A stretch of 59,264 bases of DNA, the filler included, from Trypethelium eluteriae (Eukaryota): NCBI GenBank assembly GCA_051942245.1. It is 3 parts of 3 records of this genome, joined end to end, with 100 filler letters (N's around TTAATTAATTAA, not from the genome) between each part and the next. Parts side by side here need not be neighbours in the genome. Positions count along the whole stretch, not along the records: positions 1 to 19,714 come from JAVECL010000519.1; positions 19,815 to 39,499 come from JAVECL010000520.1; 1 more part is not named here. One strand, written 5' to 3'. How positions within the stretch are numbered: the first letter of the stretch is position 1; each line of letters starts with the position of its first letter. The notes below the pieces were generated by a model. It was not told the DNA's origin, searched no databases, and worked only from the letters and a program-made list of their open reading frames with translations. Positions 11,096 through 24,101 of this stretch are shown piece by piece. Position numbers and translations under genes: made by a program.

Positions 11096-13896
11096 TCAAG
11101 TCGTCACACCGTTCGTCTTTGTATCCTGCTGCTCACTGGCCTCGCCCTTCAACGTCCCGGCCTGAGCGCTTGCCCTCGCCTGTGGCTGCATCGCGAGCTG
11201 GGCTTTCTGCCGATCCAGCATCAGCTGTTGCTCCTGCGAAGTCTGATATGTGTGATAGCCACTCGGTCCAGTTGCCGAGTGTGCCTGGGCTGGTGCCGAA
11301 GTCGGGTTTGGAGTGCTAGGGCTATTTCGCCTCCCCTTCGCAGGGAGCGCAGTGGACGATCCACCGTACGACGCTGGATATGACTGCCTGGAGCCGGTCG
11401 AAAACGCGGTGGCGGTTTTGTTATGGGGGGATGATGTTCGAGCGTAGGTTCCGCTCGTTGGAGTAGAATAAGAAGTAGGAACAGTGCCAGAAGGGCGAGG
11501 AGGATAACCGACACCGTTCTGAGGTCGGGCAATTGGGGTTGCAGTGTTATACTGTTGACTGTAATTATAGTTGCCTGAGCTTGGGCGTTGATGGAATCCC
11601 TGACCGTTCGGTATGCCACCATATGATTGCTGCGCAGGACGTGACTGACTGTAAGAAGCCGTGTATGATGTGCGATTTGAGGAAGCCTGGGTTGGGGTGG
11701 TGTAGTTCTGGCTATTTCCCGAGGAAGGACGTTGAGAAAAGTTCATGGACGGAGAGCGGTTGGGTGGCTGTTGCTGTGGGTAATATCCCTGGTTGACCTG
11801 CGCTGGCCGGCTGCTCGATTGTTGTAGAGGTGTCCTCCCATATTGGCTGCTGCTAGAGTATTGTACTTGTCCTAGATGTGAACTCGAGCGAGTTGGTCCC
11901 ATGGCAACGTTCAGAGCAGCTGCCTTAGCATAGCGAGTGGCCTGGTGTTCTTCCATGACACCCTTGTTATTCTGATTCTCAATATTGATAGTTTGCTTGA
12001 TGTTCAAATCTTCCAGCTGATCGCCGTTGAGTTTCGCAACAGCAGACGGTGGCAGCAAGCGGATCAACAACTTGAGCTGGTCCTTAAGAATGCTATAGGT
12101 ATCGAACTCTGCAGCAGACGGAGTCGTAGGACTTTCAGCAAGCCATGGAAGCGAAGGCTTCTGATTCGCAGCAGGAGCCCGAGTGTTAGCGGGGAGATTG
12201 GAGTTCCGGATGCGTTGGTAGGAATGTAAAGTTTCTAGGAGTTCTGAAATTTCCTTCAAGATATCTTCAACTTCCTTTTTCTCCTGTTCGTTTGCCTCCT
12301 CGGTCTTGATCAAGCCTTCCATTTCTTCGGGGACATAAGCATCCACAGCCTCCTGTATTGACTTGTCTTCAGCTGCCCGGGCTTCATCCGCTTCTGCTTT
12401 CACCATCGTTTCGTCTTCCAAGGCAGGGTCAATCGCAAATGTCTCTACAAAACGCTTTTCCCCATGTCTTTGCCACCAGACGCGGTTTTTGGTCTCCTCT
12501 GGCACAATTGCCATCGAGTCATCACGGGTTGGTGCAAAACTAGAGTAGGCTGTTCTGAAAAGAGCATCTTCCTTCGCCTGCCGTAAAGCTGCCGTTGCTT
12601 CCTCCGAGGGAGCTGGTCGTGCTTCACCTGTGCTGAGGGCACGATCTCTTTGCTTCCGTTTCGCAGTGGGTGATGTGGGTTCCTGTGGAATATTCAGGTT
12701 GTTATATCCAAGCCAATGACCCGTGGTAAGATTCTGTGTCGTGTATGTGCCCTTTTTCCCAGTCTTTGGAAGGGAATTACTGTCGACCCATCCAATACGA
12801 GATCCTCGGGCAGTCGATTGTTTAGGAGGTTTCGGAGGGTTCAATTGGGGTACAGCAGAGGAAGGGGCAAAGAGCTCGCCGATGGTCGGTATTCGCCCTT
12901 TCTCGTTGGCAGCATCGTCAGCCTGCACCGAAATGATTTTTGATGCGGTGATGTGATTGGGGAGAGCATGTTCTCGGAGAGGGGCAGTCACGCGAAGACT
13001 GTCCGTATTTAGGATCCGATCTTCATGACTATCCGAGTCTCGCTTAGCATGCACAGGCTGTTGCAGGCTCGAAAACAATTGCTTTGGACCTTGTGCGTTC
13101 CCATATAATGTAAGGACTGTCTTTCCGCTCTGCCCGTCGTCCAGAGTTGTTTCCGTGAGATTGAGAGGTGGTTCCCCATCTTCTTCGCTCTTGATTTTCT
13201 TGGATTTAGCTACTGACGGGTAGAGTCGGTGCGATTCTGCATCAATCAAAGTATTGAATAACTTTCGAAACGAAAGTACACCAGCGTATAATGAGCCTCC
13301 TTCTGGAGGGGTAGCGAATTGACGTGAGAGGCTGCCCATTGAATCTCCATTTATTTTTCCTATGGCCAATACCTCCGAGCATGCAGCCTCGACATCTTCT
13401 CGAACTTCATGTAGTGATATGTATTCTTCGGCTTCTATCCGTGCTGCTATCGTCGGGCTTCTGGTGGTCTTGGAGACTTTTGTGCGCTTGCTGGAAGGCT
13501 CGGATTCGGAAAGATGAGATACATTAGATGGCAGAGGCAAAGCAAGTATTGAGGGCGAAGTGTCATGGCTATGTTTTTTACGTTAGTAATGTATCGAGCA
13601 TTGTGAGTGCTTGAAGGTTTAAGACAACAGTCAAGATAGAATGAAGCAAGGGATGCAGATTTAGCAACACAAAGGAAACGTCGCAAGACGACTAACATTT
13701 TGAGGATATACAGGAGATCTTTCAATAAAGTGTGGAACCTCGGCATATCAATAGCATCAACGGACTCGGTAGCCGTTGCTGGTAAGACTCCATTTGGTTG
13801 CAGAGGACTATCGCTATCAGACCATTTGCGCTTTCCAATGGCAGACGAAGGTCGGTGCGGCGGAGCGGGCACGTCGAGCACCTCTGCGGGCGCCAT
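11096..13896 (-). CDS. Conserved nuclear protein, probable Rsc58/BRD7-like chromatin-remodeller subunit with a low-complexity S/Q/Y tail
   Basis: Exon 13896-13697, intron 13569-13696 (GTTAGT..TAG), then a long ORF to 11096. NLS-like GKRKW, bromodomain-like helix TIAARIEAEEYISLHEVREDV, and YSSFAPTRDDS. The gene itself is secure; the identity is an inference. Confidence 0.75.
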
Positions 13897-14494
13897 GAAG
13901 AGCGGATGGGAAGGGTTGTCGTTGCGGGTGAGAAGGCCTGGCTACTAGCTCGCGATGCCAAACGCGTTCTTCCAATGCCTGACTCCCCGTATCCACGACC
14001 ACTTCGTCCAGTTTCCTCCAACACGCCCTCAACCACACCCAAGACCAGCTTAGACCTTGGAAATGGGAGGGCTGAATATTCTGAGATTATTGGGGTCGAA
14101 CTTGACGATCAAATCGGCACGTCTGGCGTATGCGGAGAATTCTGAGCTGATGCGGGTTGATGGGGGTGGGTAGGGTGGTGGAAGTCGTGACGGGTCACCG
14201 ACTCCCACGCGGTCAGCCTGGGATCAAGCACAAACAACAACAGTGACTGCAGGTCTCTGCAAAACAATGATATCCAGGATGATAAGAAGAGCCTACTCGA
14301 CAGAGTAAGATTCTCACGAGCAGAGGCGACAAATATGTGTACAACCCTCGCGTTGTGAGTCTTTGATCGAGATAGGCTGCGGCGAAACCTTGGCCTTGTC
14401 ACGTGCACAAGCCTCAACCGTCCTGGATTGACCTGCAGATCGCGACTTCAAGAAATTTTGCGCATCCCTACAATGAGACGCTAAATGCCGATGA

Positions 14495-17400
14495 ATGCCC
14501 TCTCTGCATGTACAGTCCATTCAGGTCGGACTCTTACGCATATTTGCTACGCAATTTCGCGGGCGCTTGCGTCAGTGTCGCTACTTTGTGAGACGAATTC
14601 TCTCGTCAATGAAGACAGTGCTTCAATTCTAACACTACGTTCTAGGATCCCCGATTGACATCCTCTTTTGCGCATACCAATAGCATAAGCCTAGCGGTTT
14701 CCGGCATTTCTCGAAGAATATCAAGTGGAACTGCTGGTATTGCCCACCTCGGCGACGGGCCTGATATCTTTGCGGAACCGACCAGGCAGGGCTGTGAGAC
14801 CGCAGCAGGACCCAATGACGTCTCGACTCTGTATCTAGATGGTAGAGGCCTACCAAGCGCAGAACTCAGCAAGAGACAGGTTAAGCGTCGAAGGGCCAAC
14901 CCCTCGCAATTCCTGATCTTGGCTTTGATAGCAGCAGACGCTCATCATGCCTTACCTTCCACGATTGCTGGAAAGGTGGATCTCTCATATGCCAGTCCTC
15001 GAGCTCTACACACTAGCAAACATTGGAACTCCTTGAGATGGCGATCTTGGCGCACCTGGGTAAGGCAAGTTGGTAGGAACTCCATCGCGGAGCCAACGCA
15101 GACATCACTGCATTTAATTGTCGCTAAGCATATCCAATCTCTAAGCGGTAAAGGAAGAGATGAACTCGAACTGTATAACCGGAGTGCCAAAGACGGCCAG
15201 ATTGGCCTTTTCTCCGAACCAGACCTCGCTCTCCTCCAAAAACGTGGATATAGCTTTTCAGACGTGAAAGATTGGAGTAGCATACTACTCAGTCGAAGTG
15301 ATCTTTATGCCAGTCATCGTCTTTCAATTTTGCAAGGTGCGGCGAGAAAAATAAAGGCTCCCGAACCCCCGATTTTTCTTGTCCTTTTCCTACTTCGGCG
15401 AAGGTACATTTCCGTGAAGGCTCTAAAGTATCTCTTGCTCCACGTATGGAAGAGACATGACATGTTTTCACGACAATACCTCAAAGACCGCATGGATGAG
15501 GAGACAAGTAACCCAGTCTTGGCATCAAAAATAAACGAAGAGATTGGATACCGGAATGCCATTTTGGAGCAGCGGTCCAGCAATTTTCTAATTATAACCC
15601 GTCTTATACGACATGCCTTAAGAGTGTGGCCAGCAGCCGTCGTCAACGTAGCTTCTCTCGCAATCAAACTGCTGGAAGGTGAAACTTCGGGAAACCTTGA
15701 TGAATCACGGATGAAGCTTTCTGATGGGCAGATCGCCCGCTTATCCAGCTTATATAACCGTCTACTATGGCTCTTGTCTCATCCTTCGAGTATTGGCAAA
15801 TACAAGTCAACGACTTTTCAGCAACGTGCCCAGTTCGACCTTGTGAGACATATGGCCGAGCATAGGCCCCCGCTTACCGTTACGCAGGAGGGTTATCGGG
15901 GTATTGTTCGAATTCAATTGGCTCAGGCAAAGACTTTTCAAGAGCAAGACTGGGCGAACCTCAAATGCAAAACTTGGCCACCTTGGAAAGAAGACAAGAC
16001 TGGTTTAGATGCCGAAAAGGGAGTTGAGTACAGTATGACACGTGCTTTGATGGCTATCCGAAGAATGCAGGAAGCAGGGTACAACACAACGGCATGGGAA
16101 GACTTGGCCACGATCTTTGCTGGGTGGGACTCTGATGGCACTCCCACAATCCAATACCGATTTCTCGTGAGACCGCCGCCGGAAGTTGTAAAGCAATCAG
16201 ATCGATCTGAGGAGGACAGGCTTCAGGTGCAAATCTGGGCTGCTCGAATTCGGGCCACTCGGACAGTCAGAGAAGCTTGGGCCTGCTTTCTCTCGTGGCG
16301 GGAACAGGACTCATCGCAGCGAGCAGCTATCCACGCCGCAATGCTCGAAAAATTGGTGTACGAGAAGAAAAGACGCCAACTCGATACAAAAGCGTCTGTT
16401 TCCAGCATTAAGGCCTCCCAAATTGGCGAAATGCAGCAGTCTATTTCTGAAAAGCTTCCTCTCCCAGGTGATGGAAGGGAGGTTCATCCACCACCATTTT
16501 CGCCTCTAGAAACTATTTACCTTGCGTCCGAGCCCCCTTCTGTCGAGGATTTTTTCAGCCGAATGATAAAAAACAATGTTCTGGTTCCTGACAGTTCCCT
16601 TGCATTAATGATGGATAGTGCGAGCTCTCTCCAACAGGCGCTTTCGTATTTACAAAAAACCTGGCAGGGCTCAACATTTCGTCACTTACTTACGCCTTCC
16701 AAAGGACGCACCCTGAATTTTAAATGGTCGAAGACAGTTTTTACTTCTTTAATTCGAGCGTATTGTCGATTCAGTCATGAACGTCCCTACACTACGCCCA
16801 CATCAGCTGGAACTTACTCTTACTCCATCGATGGCTGGATGCTCGAGCGGCAGCAGTCCTTTCTGCATGCAGTGCAGCTTCTGGAAGAGCTAAAACCACA
16901 GTATCGACCAGCTTGGAATGTAGCGCTGGACTGTCTTCGGGTCGAAAAAAAGTTTACCGCGACAGAGCTCTATGGGACCCGAACGAGTGCAGTCAATCGA
17001 CTTATTTGCTTCAGTGTAGCACGTCGGCTGTTCGACTCTATGCGCAGGATTGGATTGGATGCCGACTCTGCCGCTTTCCTTAGTCTCTGTGTCATCACAG
17101 AGCACGCGATTATTGCGAGCTTCAAAATCAAGACCAAAGAAGTGAATTCACACGCAAGTGCGGGAGCGAACGAAAAGGCTCTACCCAGCAGAGCATTTGA
17201 TGCAGCCGACAAAATTGTTTCTGAAAGCTCTGATTATCTTCAGAATATCTTTGTGTCACTTTTTAGTGGAACAAATTATATTAGCAGGTCTGACAGCTCG
17301 GTAAGCATCAAGGGGGAGGGACAGGGCGCTTCGGACGACTACAAGCGAGGATTGCAAACAATTACGAATCATCATATCTTCGCTGACAGTCTGTCACCAT

Positions 17401-17783
17401 CTATTCCACGCTTACTCAATACTCCATCTCTGGCTACGCTTCATGCCTTTGTTCGCGCGCTGGGTCTCGCAAAGGACTTTGGTGCTCTCCTTAATTTGAC
17501 GCGGTGGATGGTAGACCACAAATCAGAAATAGACAATCAAGTACGTGGAGCAAGGAATGGTCGCAGGCAGCTCCGAAATACTATCATAGCACTTGCTATA
17601 TTTTTAGAGAAGAGTTCTTTCAGAGTCGAAGCCGAAGAATTGCAGGAATCCGCTACTGAGTGCAAGGAACTAATAGAGGGTGAAGCAGAGGAATGGGATG
17701 GATGGCCTTCGGAGCAAGAGATTGAAGCCTATCTCACGTTGAAGGGAAAGCCTGAAGCCAATGAATGGATACAATTCTTGTGA
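14495..17783 (+). CDS. Large helical-repeat (PPR-like) protein, probably mitochondrial
   Basis: Exon 14495-14587 (MPSLHVQSIQVGLLRIFATQFRGRLRQCRYF, Arg-rich with no acidic residues) and intron 14588-14645 (GTGAGA..CTAAC..TAG) splice in frame to the 1042-aa ORF. PPR-like segments include VFTSLIRAYCR, AWNVALDCL and MRRIGLDADSAAFLSL. Confidence 0.72.
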
Positions 17784-18184
17784 ATACATTTCTAAGCTGA
17801 TAGATGATAGATTTTGGTACACAGTTCCCATGTACATATAGCTTGGCCTAAGTCTGAAAAGAACGGAAGAATCCACAGAGAGATTGTTCGCCGACTTCCT
17901 GAGCGGACATATATTCTCTGCAGTGGATTATGGGCCATCTGCCTTCGCCCGTCGGAACATTTGTTTGGCATGTCTTGGAGAAAATACAGTATTGGACTGG
18001 ATTACTATCGCAGTCGCGTACAGCAGGTAGAGTACTTGAGGGGAAACCCCGCCACCGCTAACCAGCGCTGCCTCCCCTAACTCGTACTTCCCTTGCACTC
18101 GCTCCTGCTCATTATTGTGCCACTTAACAACCACAAGCGCCAGTATCGACCATACGAAACCATAACTATCTTGAGCTAAGAAGA

Positions 18185-19714
18185 ATGGGTGGTTCTTCAA
18201 AATCTCATCTGGAAGAGCTTCCGCAAGAAATATATCAAAACATTTGTAGCTATCTCACACCAAGAGATCACGCCCGGCTAGCTCTAAGCTCGCGCCAGCT
18301 CTACTGGATCAGTCAAGAGGTACTGTACCGCAAACTAAAGCTGGGTTCATTTACGTCTCTCTACAAATTCGCCAAAGCTCTCAATGAGGCTTCGTTTTCC
18401 AACGTTCGAAATGACAAGGTACATCCTACACGAATCTACAAAAAGGACATCAAATATGTAGAACTTACTCTACAAGGCCGAAGTGAGTCTAGCCGACCAG
18501 TTCCTCCTGGATCAACGAATTTTCTCTACATCTCGCGGATGGTCGGTACCATTATTTCGAAATGTCCCAACGTAGAAATTACCCTACGCTTAGTCAATTG
18601 GCCGTGCCACCAGTTCAGCACGATGGAACCCCTGCATCGTGTCGTCCGACTCATTGCATGCTTTGGCATCGAAGGGGCAAGACACGCCCCCCATGGTCGC
18701 CGCACGGTCTTACAATGCCGCGCGAAACAAGATACTACTGCCTTTTGGAAATGTTATCTTGGGGGAGATGTGTTTCCCGATCTGCGTTCCCTTGAACTGG
18801 ATCACTTCTGGAAGTCCCCATCAGATCGCACGAGCTCGATCTTTGACGCCGCTTCCGCTTTAGATCCACACTGCGGCGACTATCATCGACTCTCCCATCT
18901 TTCGCCTCACCCTTGGGGCCCTTGGCCAGCTCCAATCCCCTTACGGCGTCGATGCCGTCCCACAAAGCCCCAAGACCACCGCAATCTAGACTACCAATTC
19001 TCCGGCCTCCAGAACATGCACCACCTCTCCCTGACATACATGGCCGAACTCGACGTATGGACCTTCACCAAAGTCCTCCTCAGCGACACCGTCCAAGCGC
19101 ACAACCTCCGCACCCTCGAACTCAAACACATCCACCTGCCCCTCGACCTCCTCGGCCCCCTCCTCACCCGGTGCCTCCCTCTCCTCCGCGGCCTCACCCT
19201 GCACACTCCCTCGGACAGCCTCCCCTGGTGGACCAGCTCGCCCAGCTCAGCGGGGCAGGCCTCGCACCACTACCACGCCAAAGACGACAGCGACATCGCG
19301 CACATCTGCCCGCTCCTCCGCGACCTCGGCCGCACCCTGCACACCCTCGACCTCGCCATCCCCTCCGCCTGCAACGAGCTGTTCATCTCGCCCCGCGAAC
19401 GCCGCGTCCTGCGCGAAGCGGGCGTCTACCTCACCCCGCACGGCACGAATCCGCCAGCGGAGCTGCCCGCGCCGGCGATGAGCCTCGCTGCTGGGTGGAT
19501 GGTGAATCCCAGCGGTCACAACAGCAGCAGTAGTAGCAGCAGCAGTGGCAGTGGCAGAAGCGCCGCAGTCGACACGCACCACCTGCGCGCCACCCTCCTC
19601 GCGCATCGCGCCCGCGATGTCGATGTCCAGCGCGAGGCGTATCTGCGCGAGCATCCGGATGCGCCGACGCATGCGTTCGATGTGGAGCGAAGGGACCGGT
19701 TAGCGGCGATCAGG
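18185..19714 (+). CDS. F-box protein with Leu-rich repeat-like segments; 3' end lost in the assembly gap
   Basis: N-terminal LEELPQEIYQNICSYL...LALSSRQLY is an F-box motif; LRSLEL, LRTLEL and LHTLDL are LRR-like. The ORF stays open into the Ns. Confidence 0.8.
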
Positions 19715-19814
19715 NNNNNNNNNNNNNNNNNNNNNNNNNNNNNNNNNNNNNNNNNNNNTTAATTAATTAANNNNNNNNNNNNNNNNNNNNNNNNNNNNNN
19801 NNNNNNNNNNNNNN
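19715..19814. other. Assembly gap: 44 N + TTAATTAATTAA all-frame-stop linker + 44 N
   Basis: Directly visible; identical layout to the gap at 39500-39599. Confidence 0.97.
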
Positions 19815-20613
19815 GGATGAGGCGTGCGGGTTGCTGGGAGTTGTGGAGGGTGGTTTGGCCGGTTGTTGAGTCGTGTTTGACGCGGACGGCGGGATTTTGG
19901 CGGTACAGGTAGTTGTAGGGTTGTCGGTGAAGGTCGAAGACTTTGGGAGGTGGGATATATATGTCGGTCGAGATTCCTTTGTCGGGCGCAAGCTTGAAGT
20001 CTTTGATCTTGTCAAAATCGAAGGGTAGGATGTGCGATCTGACCTTCTCGAGCAGCGGCACGCCAGTGATCGAGCTGACAAAGTCGGGCATGGCCCGGAA
20101 CCGATGAGTTTCGTTGATATGACCGATGGCCTCGATATGGTATCCATCAGGATTATCTCGAAGTCTTTTCAACACATCTTCTGCTGCGAGGGTCTGCTTC
20201 ATTGCATATGATGGGTCTTCGACATACGGATCATCAGACCCTCTCTTTCTCTTCCGTCCTGTCCATTTCGGGACAGAGACTTTGAATGCGATACTGTTCG
20301 TTTTGACGGGCCGCGATATTATAGATTGAGAAAATGAATCCTCAGGCTTTAGCGAAACGGCAATATTTGATGTTCCCGGCGTAGAGGTAAGAAGCTAGAA
20401 AATGCTCAACAGGAGCTTCTGGGCCAAGGAGGACTCTATCCATACCTTTTCAAGATTTTTGTTTCCTCCCAAAGACTGAACCCCCCTGTCGACATCTTTG
20501 ACTCGACAAGGGTGCTCGACATTGGCCAGAGGAGCCTGCGGCACGTGGTATTGTGGGGCGAGATTCTGCTGCGCTGGAGCTTGCGGAGAAGTTTCGGATA
20601 GGCCAAGAACCAT
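19815..20613 (-). CDS. TFC1: RNA polymerase III transcription factor TFIIIC subunit tau95 (Tfc1/Sfc1/GTF3C5), 5' part
   Basis: ATG at 20613 and intron 20395-20445. Motifs VEHPCRVKDVDRGVQSLGG, KVSVPKWTGRKRKRGS, THRFRAMPDF and PYNYLYRQNP. Truncated by the gap. Confidence 0.88.
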
Positions 20614-21219
20614 ATCGATTTCCACGGTAACGTCACTCTGGGGAGAAAGGAGAAGCTCCCGGGCCACAGAGGGGATGCAGGTGGAGAGGTATATTTGTAT
20701 ATCCAGAGGTCGAGCTAGCAGACGTACATATTCTTGGTGTCACCCCGCAGAAGGCATCGGCCGGGGCTCAGGGCGTAAAGGACCACCATCCACCACTGCT
20801 GCTCTGAAACCATGTCACAATCACCTCAACAATCCTCGAGCCGTACCATGTTAACACTGCTCTACACACTCCTTGTCTCGTGACCCTTTCCTTTCGTCAT
20901 TTCCCCTCTGCGTCGCCACCGATACCATCGCTCTCCCATCCAAGAGGCCCGTGCGACGATTGCTGGACCCCTACTCGCACAACAGCGCAACCCTCTCTGC
21001 TAACACAGCATCTACTCCGCCGTCCTCGATGAGCTGATAAATCCAATTGAAATCTCCTGGATCCTTGACTCGCCCTGTTTTGTCGTACTTTTGCCGCTGG
21101 TCACACCTTAGGCGAACGATACTCGGCCGGTGCCGAGCTGTCTCGTCACTTACCCAAGTTGAGGTCGTGCCTTCTCTTCAGCCCCCGGCACCAGTCGCCA
21201 ACTTTACGAGTTCGAAGCC

Positions 21220-24101
21220 ATGAAGAATCTAAGGCAAAGAGTGGTAAGTCTCCATGTTCCCCCGCAAGCTTTGTTTTGTCCCCACCGCCAACGATCCACC
21301 TGTTGCTGGCAACCCCATTCTCTGTTTCGCTAACTCACCTAGCATGAGCAGTTGTCGCGGGCGAAGGACTCGAATAAAGATAGAAAAAAGGACAAATCTG
21401 GGAGCAGTGGCACATCATCACCGTCTCACGGCGCTACCCTGTCGCCCTCGAACTCGGCTCAGGCCACACCGACCTCCTCGACCTCAAACCTAGTTGATTC
21501 GCGCAACAAACCCCTCCCGAATGCAGATGGTCAAGCAGCAGCTGGGCACAACTTGGGACCTGCTGGCGGTCAATCTGGCACGTCTGGATCGCCAAGTCCT
21601 AATCATCAATATAATCAGCAATCCTCTCCTCAAGGCAATCAGGCGGGCAATACAAACAATCAATTTGGCGGTGCGGGGCCTGGAACTCCTAGTCGTGGTG
21701 GTGGTACTGGTGCAGGAGGAGCTCCTAACATGAGCCCTAGCGTGGTCATTACCCCAAGCGCTCCGGTGAGTTCTTTTTCAGTCAATTTAGCGAGATTGTT
21801 CCACAGGATCCACTGCATAAAATAGAGACCTGGGATGACGAAGCTGACTGAGATTCGCCCATAGCATATCCCCGGACCAGGTGCCACGGAGACCATGCCT
21901 GGCGATCTGGCGCCTCCACCAAAAGGATCGAAAGCACTGATCTTTGATCGTCTGCAAGCTACCCCCAAGGCCGGAGATGTTCCCGAAGGTATCAGAACAC
22001 CGAAGCGACAACATTCGTCGAGATTTGACATCTCCGATCAGCGACAAAGAGAACTGGAAAAGTTGCCGGGATTCCACGAAGTGCCGCCCAATCGCAGGCA
22101 GGATCTGTTCATGCAAAAGATTGACCAATGTAACATCATTTTCGACTTCAATGATGCGAGTGGTGATATGAAATCAAAAGAGATCAAACGACTCGCGCTT
22201 CATGAGCTTCTAGATTACGTCGCGGCCAACAGGCAAGTCATTACCGAACCGATGTATCCTCGCGTTGTGGATATGTTCGCGAAGAACCTCTTTCGACCGA
22301 TACCGCCACCGATGAACCCGCAAGGAGATGCTTTTGATCCTGAAGAGGATGAACCGGTGCTAGAAGTTGCCTGGCCGCACATTCAAGTGGTCTATGAATT
22401 CTTTCTAAGGTTTATTGAGAGCCAGGATTTCAATACAAACATCGCGAAGCAATACATAGATCACCAATTTGTTCTTCAGGTCTGTTTCTTGGCCGACTCT
22501 GCTGAGCCTTGCTGATCTTTTAAAGTTGCTAGAGCTTTTCGATTCCGAAGACCCAAGAGAACGGGACTTTCTCAAGACAACGTTACACAGGATATACGGG
22601 AAATTCCTCAACCTTCGTTCCTACATCAGACGGTCAATCAATAATGTCTTCTTTCAATTCATATACGAGACTGAGCGCTTCAATGGCATTGCGGAGTTAT
22701 TGGAAATTCTGGGCTCTATCATCAATGGTTTCGCTCTGCCGTTGAAAGAAGAGCACAAGCTATTCCTCACACGAGTATTGATTCCGCTTCATAAGGTAAA
22801 AAGTCTCAGTATGTACCATCCGCAGTTGGCATATTGCATCGTGCAATTCTTGGAAAAGGATGCAGCCTTGACCGAAGAAGTAAGCATCCTCCGGATTTTT
22901 TCTTTTTCACGTGTTTGACCGACTAAACGCATTTAGGTTGTTCTTGGCTTGCTTCGGTACTGGCCGAAGGTCAACAGCACCAAGGAAGTCATGTTTTTGA
23001 ATGAAGTCGAAGATATTTTCGAGGTCATGGACCCTGCCGAGTTCACAAAAGTGCAGGAACCTTTATTCAATCAGCTTGCAAAATCTGTAGCAAGCCCTCA
23101 CTTTCAGGTACGTTCGATTGATAAGCCTCCAGAGACTCAGCTGACTCTATTTAGGTTGCGGAGAGAGCCTTGTACTTCTGGAACAATGAATACTTCTGCA
23201 ACTTGGTCTCCGACAACGTCGAAATCATCTTGCCAATTATGTTTGCGCCGCTCTACGAAAACTCCAAGAGCCATTGGAATCGGTATACCAACCTCGATTT
23301 GCAACCAACAGTTAGCTGACCCTTATTCCAGAACGATACATGGTATGGTTTACAATGCAATGAAGCTATTTATGGAAGTCAATCCACAGCTCTTTGACGA
23401 ATGTACTCACGAGTATACGGAAGCACAAAACCATGCACAAGAACGGCAGCAAACAAGACAGTCCAAGTGGGACCGCCTCGCAGCACAAGCAAAGGCCATG
23501 CAAAACGGTCAGCCTCATGTCCAACCTATCACTGCTGGAACTGGATCCAAAGTCACGACACCAATACGCGACGATAGCGACCCTCTCAGTGGTGACAGTT
23601 CTAGAAGGATGGAAGCTTTGAGGTTACAAGATGATGCAGTGGCCCGAGAAACTCGGCGGCCAAAAGAGTACAGCTCGGTACGTTGACCAGTGCGAGACAG
23701 ACTATAAAACTGCCCCACACATGATCAACTTGTGTATAATCTCTTGTTCTAGAAACATCTTTATTTCTCGTTTTTCCTTCTGTACTGCACGGTTTCATCC
23801 ACGCTTTTTTCCTTAGTCATTTGACCTTGGAAAAGACAAAGCTGGGACTTGCGTATTTGACGAATTCTGACATTGGCGTTCCTGTTCCCGCATATAGAGG
23901 CGTAAGCACTCATCGGATGGCAATATCGACGTTTCGTCAGCGCAGCAGCGTCCCTCAACTAGCGGCAGCATCGATGGTGGCGGTGGTGGTGGACGGACAC
24001 GCAGCAGGAGTAACAGCAAATCAGGCGGGTCGACGGGTGCGACTCCGATATTGAGAAGCACTCCTACGCCGACGGCTTCATCCGTGCGAGGCAGCGGATA
24101 A
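21220..24101 (+). CDS. RTS1: Protein phosphatase 2A regulatory subunit B' (B56)
   Basis: Multi-exon gene with introns at about 21244-21342, 21766-21864, 22480-22526, 22879-22936, 23108-23154, 23283-23331 and probably 23678-23897. B56 motifs [40 protein letters not shown] and [16 protein letters not shown]. The last exon is inferred; the unspliced form stops at 23686. Confidence 0.95.

Noticed and set aside
19759..19770. TTAATTAATTAA palindrome, present twice
   Set aside because: It is centred in N runs with identical spacing, so it is an artificial scaffold linker, not biology.
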